From Auanema rhodensis (Eukaryota > Animalia > Nematoda), in the NCBI GenBank assembly GCA_964057225.1, contig OZ059896.1, forward strand, positions 13,268,001 through 13,332,000: DNA of 64,000 nt. Reading direction: 5' to 3'. This document shows, piece after piece, positions 61,415 to 64,000 of this stretch. Under the pieces are notes generated by a model that searched no databases, was not told the origin of the DNA, and worked only from the letters and a program-made list of their open reading frames with translations. Made by a program: the position numbers and the translations under genes. Every line of letters begins with the position of its first letter. Within the stretch, counting starts at the first letter, position 1.

Positions 61415-63530
61415 TTAAAGCTTTGTATTTTTGAAATTCGAAGTATTACCTGTTCCACATTACTTTTATCATCGACTGAGTTCATATCTATACTAAACTC
61501 GGTATCTAGGTGTAAACAAGTTATTCACCAGTGTCTCCACCACAACTGAGTAATCCTGAAAAACATCATTTTTCTATTGTTTTCATATTAAAATCAAAGC
61601 TAATATGAAGTGTAAGATGGAAGATAGTTGTGAAGATTCGAAGCAATTTCAGATGTGAAAACCAATGAGAGTAGTAGGCTATTTTCTAAAATTCTCTTTG
61701 GTTCCGAAGAAACCGAAACAAAAAGAATCATTTCTCTTTTCCAACAATTGAATGTTTGAAAGATGTTTGAAATAGAAATATTTTTTATTGTTCATTTTCA
61801 TTAATAACTTTAACTTCAAACGGATTTCCAGGTTGATACGGCTACCGTATTAACACATAGAGACCAAAAATTTGCAGCCATGATCACGAGTTCAAACGAG
61901 GTTTTAATCAAAAGATTACAAAAGATTATTCGAAAGAAGTGGTTCTAGATCAATTCATCTAACATCTAACCATTTCTTTCATATGATTGTGAAGAAAAAT
62001 TTCTCTCATTTTAACAAAGTTCATAAAATCATACGGCTTTTTGATCACATTGATTATGACAATACTGACCTTCACCTTTTCAGTTTTCTAATCATACTTC
62101 GAGCTTCTACACAAAGAAAACGGATAAGTATGTAAACGAAACTGAGAAGTATCAATAAGTTCAAGATTTTCTGATTAAATATATACGATTTACTCAATAT
62201 ATACATACATATATACATATATGCATAAGTACATATACATATCTGTACATCAAAAAACACTTTCTTGAATAATATTTTAAAAAATATGAAAACTATCAAA
62301 CAATACAAAAAATATTTGGGAAAAAACATATGCTAGAAACTTAGAAAAGTTGAAAACCATTAAAAGTCTTCTTATTTTTTTAAAATTGAATATGTGAAGT
62401 AATGAGAATATTCGAACAAGACAATTTTTGGTTGTAATAATTGTAATCATTATTGTTACGATTAGGTAAGAGAAGTGGGTGTATCAAAAGCGAAATTTGG
62501 GAACTTGTCTCGTCTTCTTGGCATTCTAAAGGAGAAGTGTTAAAACCTGTCATATAATTTACTTTTACCTTAGAAATTCAAACAAAAACTGTGAAATGGT
62601 TCGAAAACTGATTAGGGTTCCATAGAAATATACAGTATTAAAACAATTAATAAAACTTCTTAAATAACATAATAGTATTGTAGACATAATAAACATAATA
62701 AAATAATAAAAGTTAGTTAAATACATAAACGAGGACAAAAAGTTCAAATTTTCATATCTGGCATTGAACATTGTTCAATTATTTGTAAAAAAATCAAGAG
62801 GACACTGTACACTTAGTCTATGACGTCAATACACTAGCTAAATTTCAAAACTTTTACATCAAAAAGAAAGTCATATGGTTGATTTAACTAATTTTTTGTT
62901 TTTTTCCTATATAAAAATTGTAAATAGCTAAGGGACATTTCGATAAAGAAATTATGAAAATGATTGAATGAAATGAAAATCTGGATCAAGCAACAACAGA
63001 TGTCAACATATTCGAGAGGTGTCAATAATGAAATAATAATCGGAACTGTCAAATAAGAAGATTTTATTGAATAGTTGATATCATAGTTCTAACAAAATCT
63101 TAACTGCAATCATTTTTTCCGAATTCCAACTTACGGTACACAGAATTTTGAATATGAGAATTCATGATAAATAGTTATAGAATGGAATATTTATGTTTTT
63201 TTCGAGTACAAAGTGTCAAAACAGTAAAATGATATCACGAATACTATAAGTTCCAAACATGATTGAGATCAGAACAAAAAATTATTTCAAACTACTATTG
63301 ATAACTCTATGTAGCGATCCTCTTTACGTCTATACCTAACGGGAAGATATCATTATTCTTAACTGCGATCAAAATGTTCATTTTCCCATCGTCCAAAATA
63401 GAAAAATGAAAAAATTAATCTCTTGTTCGCTCTATCATTTCTCTTTCATAGTTCATTATGCAGGTTCATTCATGTAACAACATTGTATTTCAACTAAACT
63501 TTACAAAAAATAACAATTTGAAGAATAAAA

Positions 63531-64000
63531 CTATGATGTTTCAACGATTTCAGCTTTTTCTTCTTCGTCTTCTTTTTCTCTATTTTCTGCTGCTTCATCC
63601 TCATTTTCAGCAGAATCAGCTCCTTCTATGGTTAAATCTTGCTTTTTTTCAAGTCCTTTCCGTTGAGGGATAACTTTGAAGAATGATTCTTCCCAATTTT
63701 TGGATATAGTGAATTGTAACAAGATTTCAAACACATGATTAATAGTCAACACCTGAAATTCATGTGTACAACAAATTGTTTTTAAAACTTTAATAACCTT
63801 TCGTGTTTTAAGGGATACATATTCATCTATTGGCAATCGGGCATGTGCAAAATTGTTTCTTTGAGCTAATTCATAACAAAGTCCTTTCTGGCTATTATGA
63901 TCAACAATTCCTCCAATAACATAAACTTTCGAATCATCAAGTTCAGATAAAACCTTTGAAATTTCTTTATATATTATTATTATAAAACTCTTACATTCTC
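63531..64000 (-). CDS. tRNA m1G9 methyltransferase (TRMT10A/Trm10-like), 3' part only
   Basis: KVYVIGGIVDHNSQKGLCYELAQRNNFAHARLPIDEYVSLKTRK|VLTINHVFEILL..NWEESFFKVIPQRK are Trm10 SPOUT motifs. A 45-nt intron lies at 63753-63797. Confidence 0.93.
   Translation of the reverse strand, partial: ECKSFIIIIYKEISKVLSELDDSKVYVIGGIVDHNSQKGLCYELAQRNNFAHARLPIDEYVSLKTRKVIKVLKTICCTHEFQVLTINHVFEILLQFTISKNWEESFFKVIPQRKGLEKKQDLTIEGADSAENEDEAAENREKEDEEEKAEIVETS

Noticed and set aside
61415-61485. Upstream mini-ORF MNSVDDKSNVEQ as first coding exon of the second TWK
   Set aside because: The nearest AG acceptor puts a stop in frame, so joining would need a non-canonical acceptor. It is treated as 5' UTR or uORF.

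Overview
This is AT-rich eukaryotic DNA with many ~40-50 nt introns. The proteins closely resemble those of C. elegans, so it is a nematode, probably rhabditid; the species cannot be determined from the sequence. The window is dominated by a ~26.5 kb minus-strand unc-44 (ankyrin) locus: ANK repeats, ZU5-ZU5-UPA, death domain, a cluster of alternative or terminal mini-exons, and a 14.6 kb giant exon. The giant exon is built from ~60 near-identical 180-bp (60-aa) His/acidic repeats, divided into five blocks by six copies of a hydrophobic segment. Other genes, reconstructed by hand across introns: SNX13-like sorting nexin (partial), SmD3 (snr-1), two K2P/TWK channels, PFKFB, a Ly6-like GPI protein, a 4-TM protein, a secreted HIU-hydrolase/transthyretin-like protein, an allatostatin-C-like neuropeptide precursor, and TRMT10 (partial). 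Upstream of unc-44 lie a 2.4 kb polypurine complex satellite and an X-box-like motif. The most interesting items are the isoform switch and repeat architecture of giant ankyrin, its putative LIR and obscurin-type motifs, and several small genes invisible to the ORF track. Exon boundaries were read by eye and may be off by a few nt. No database searches were run; comparisons to known proteins are from recall.
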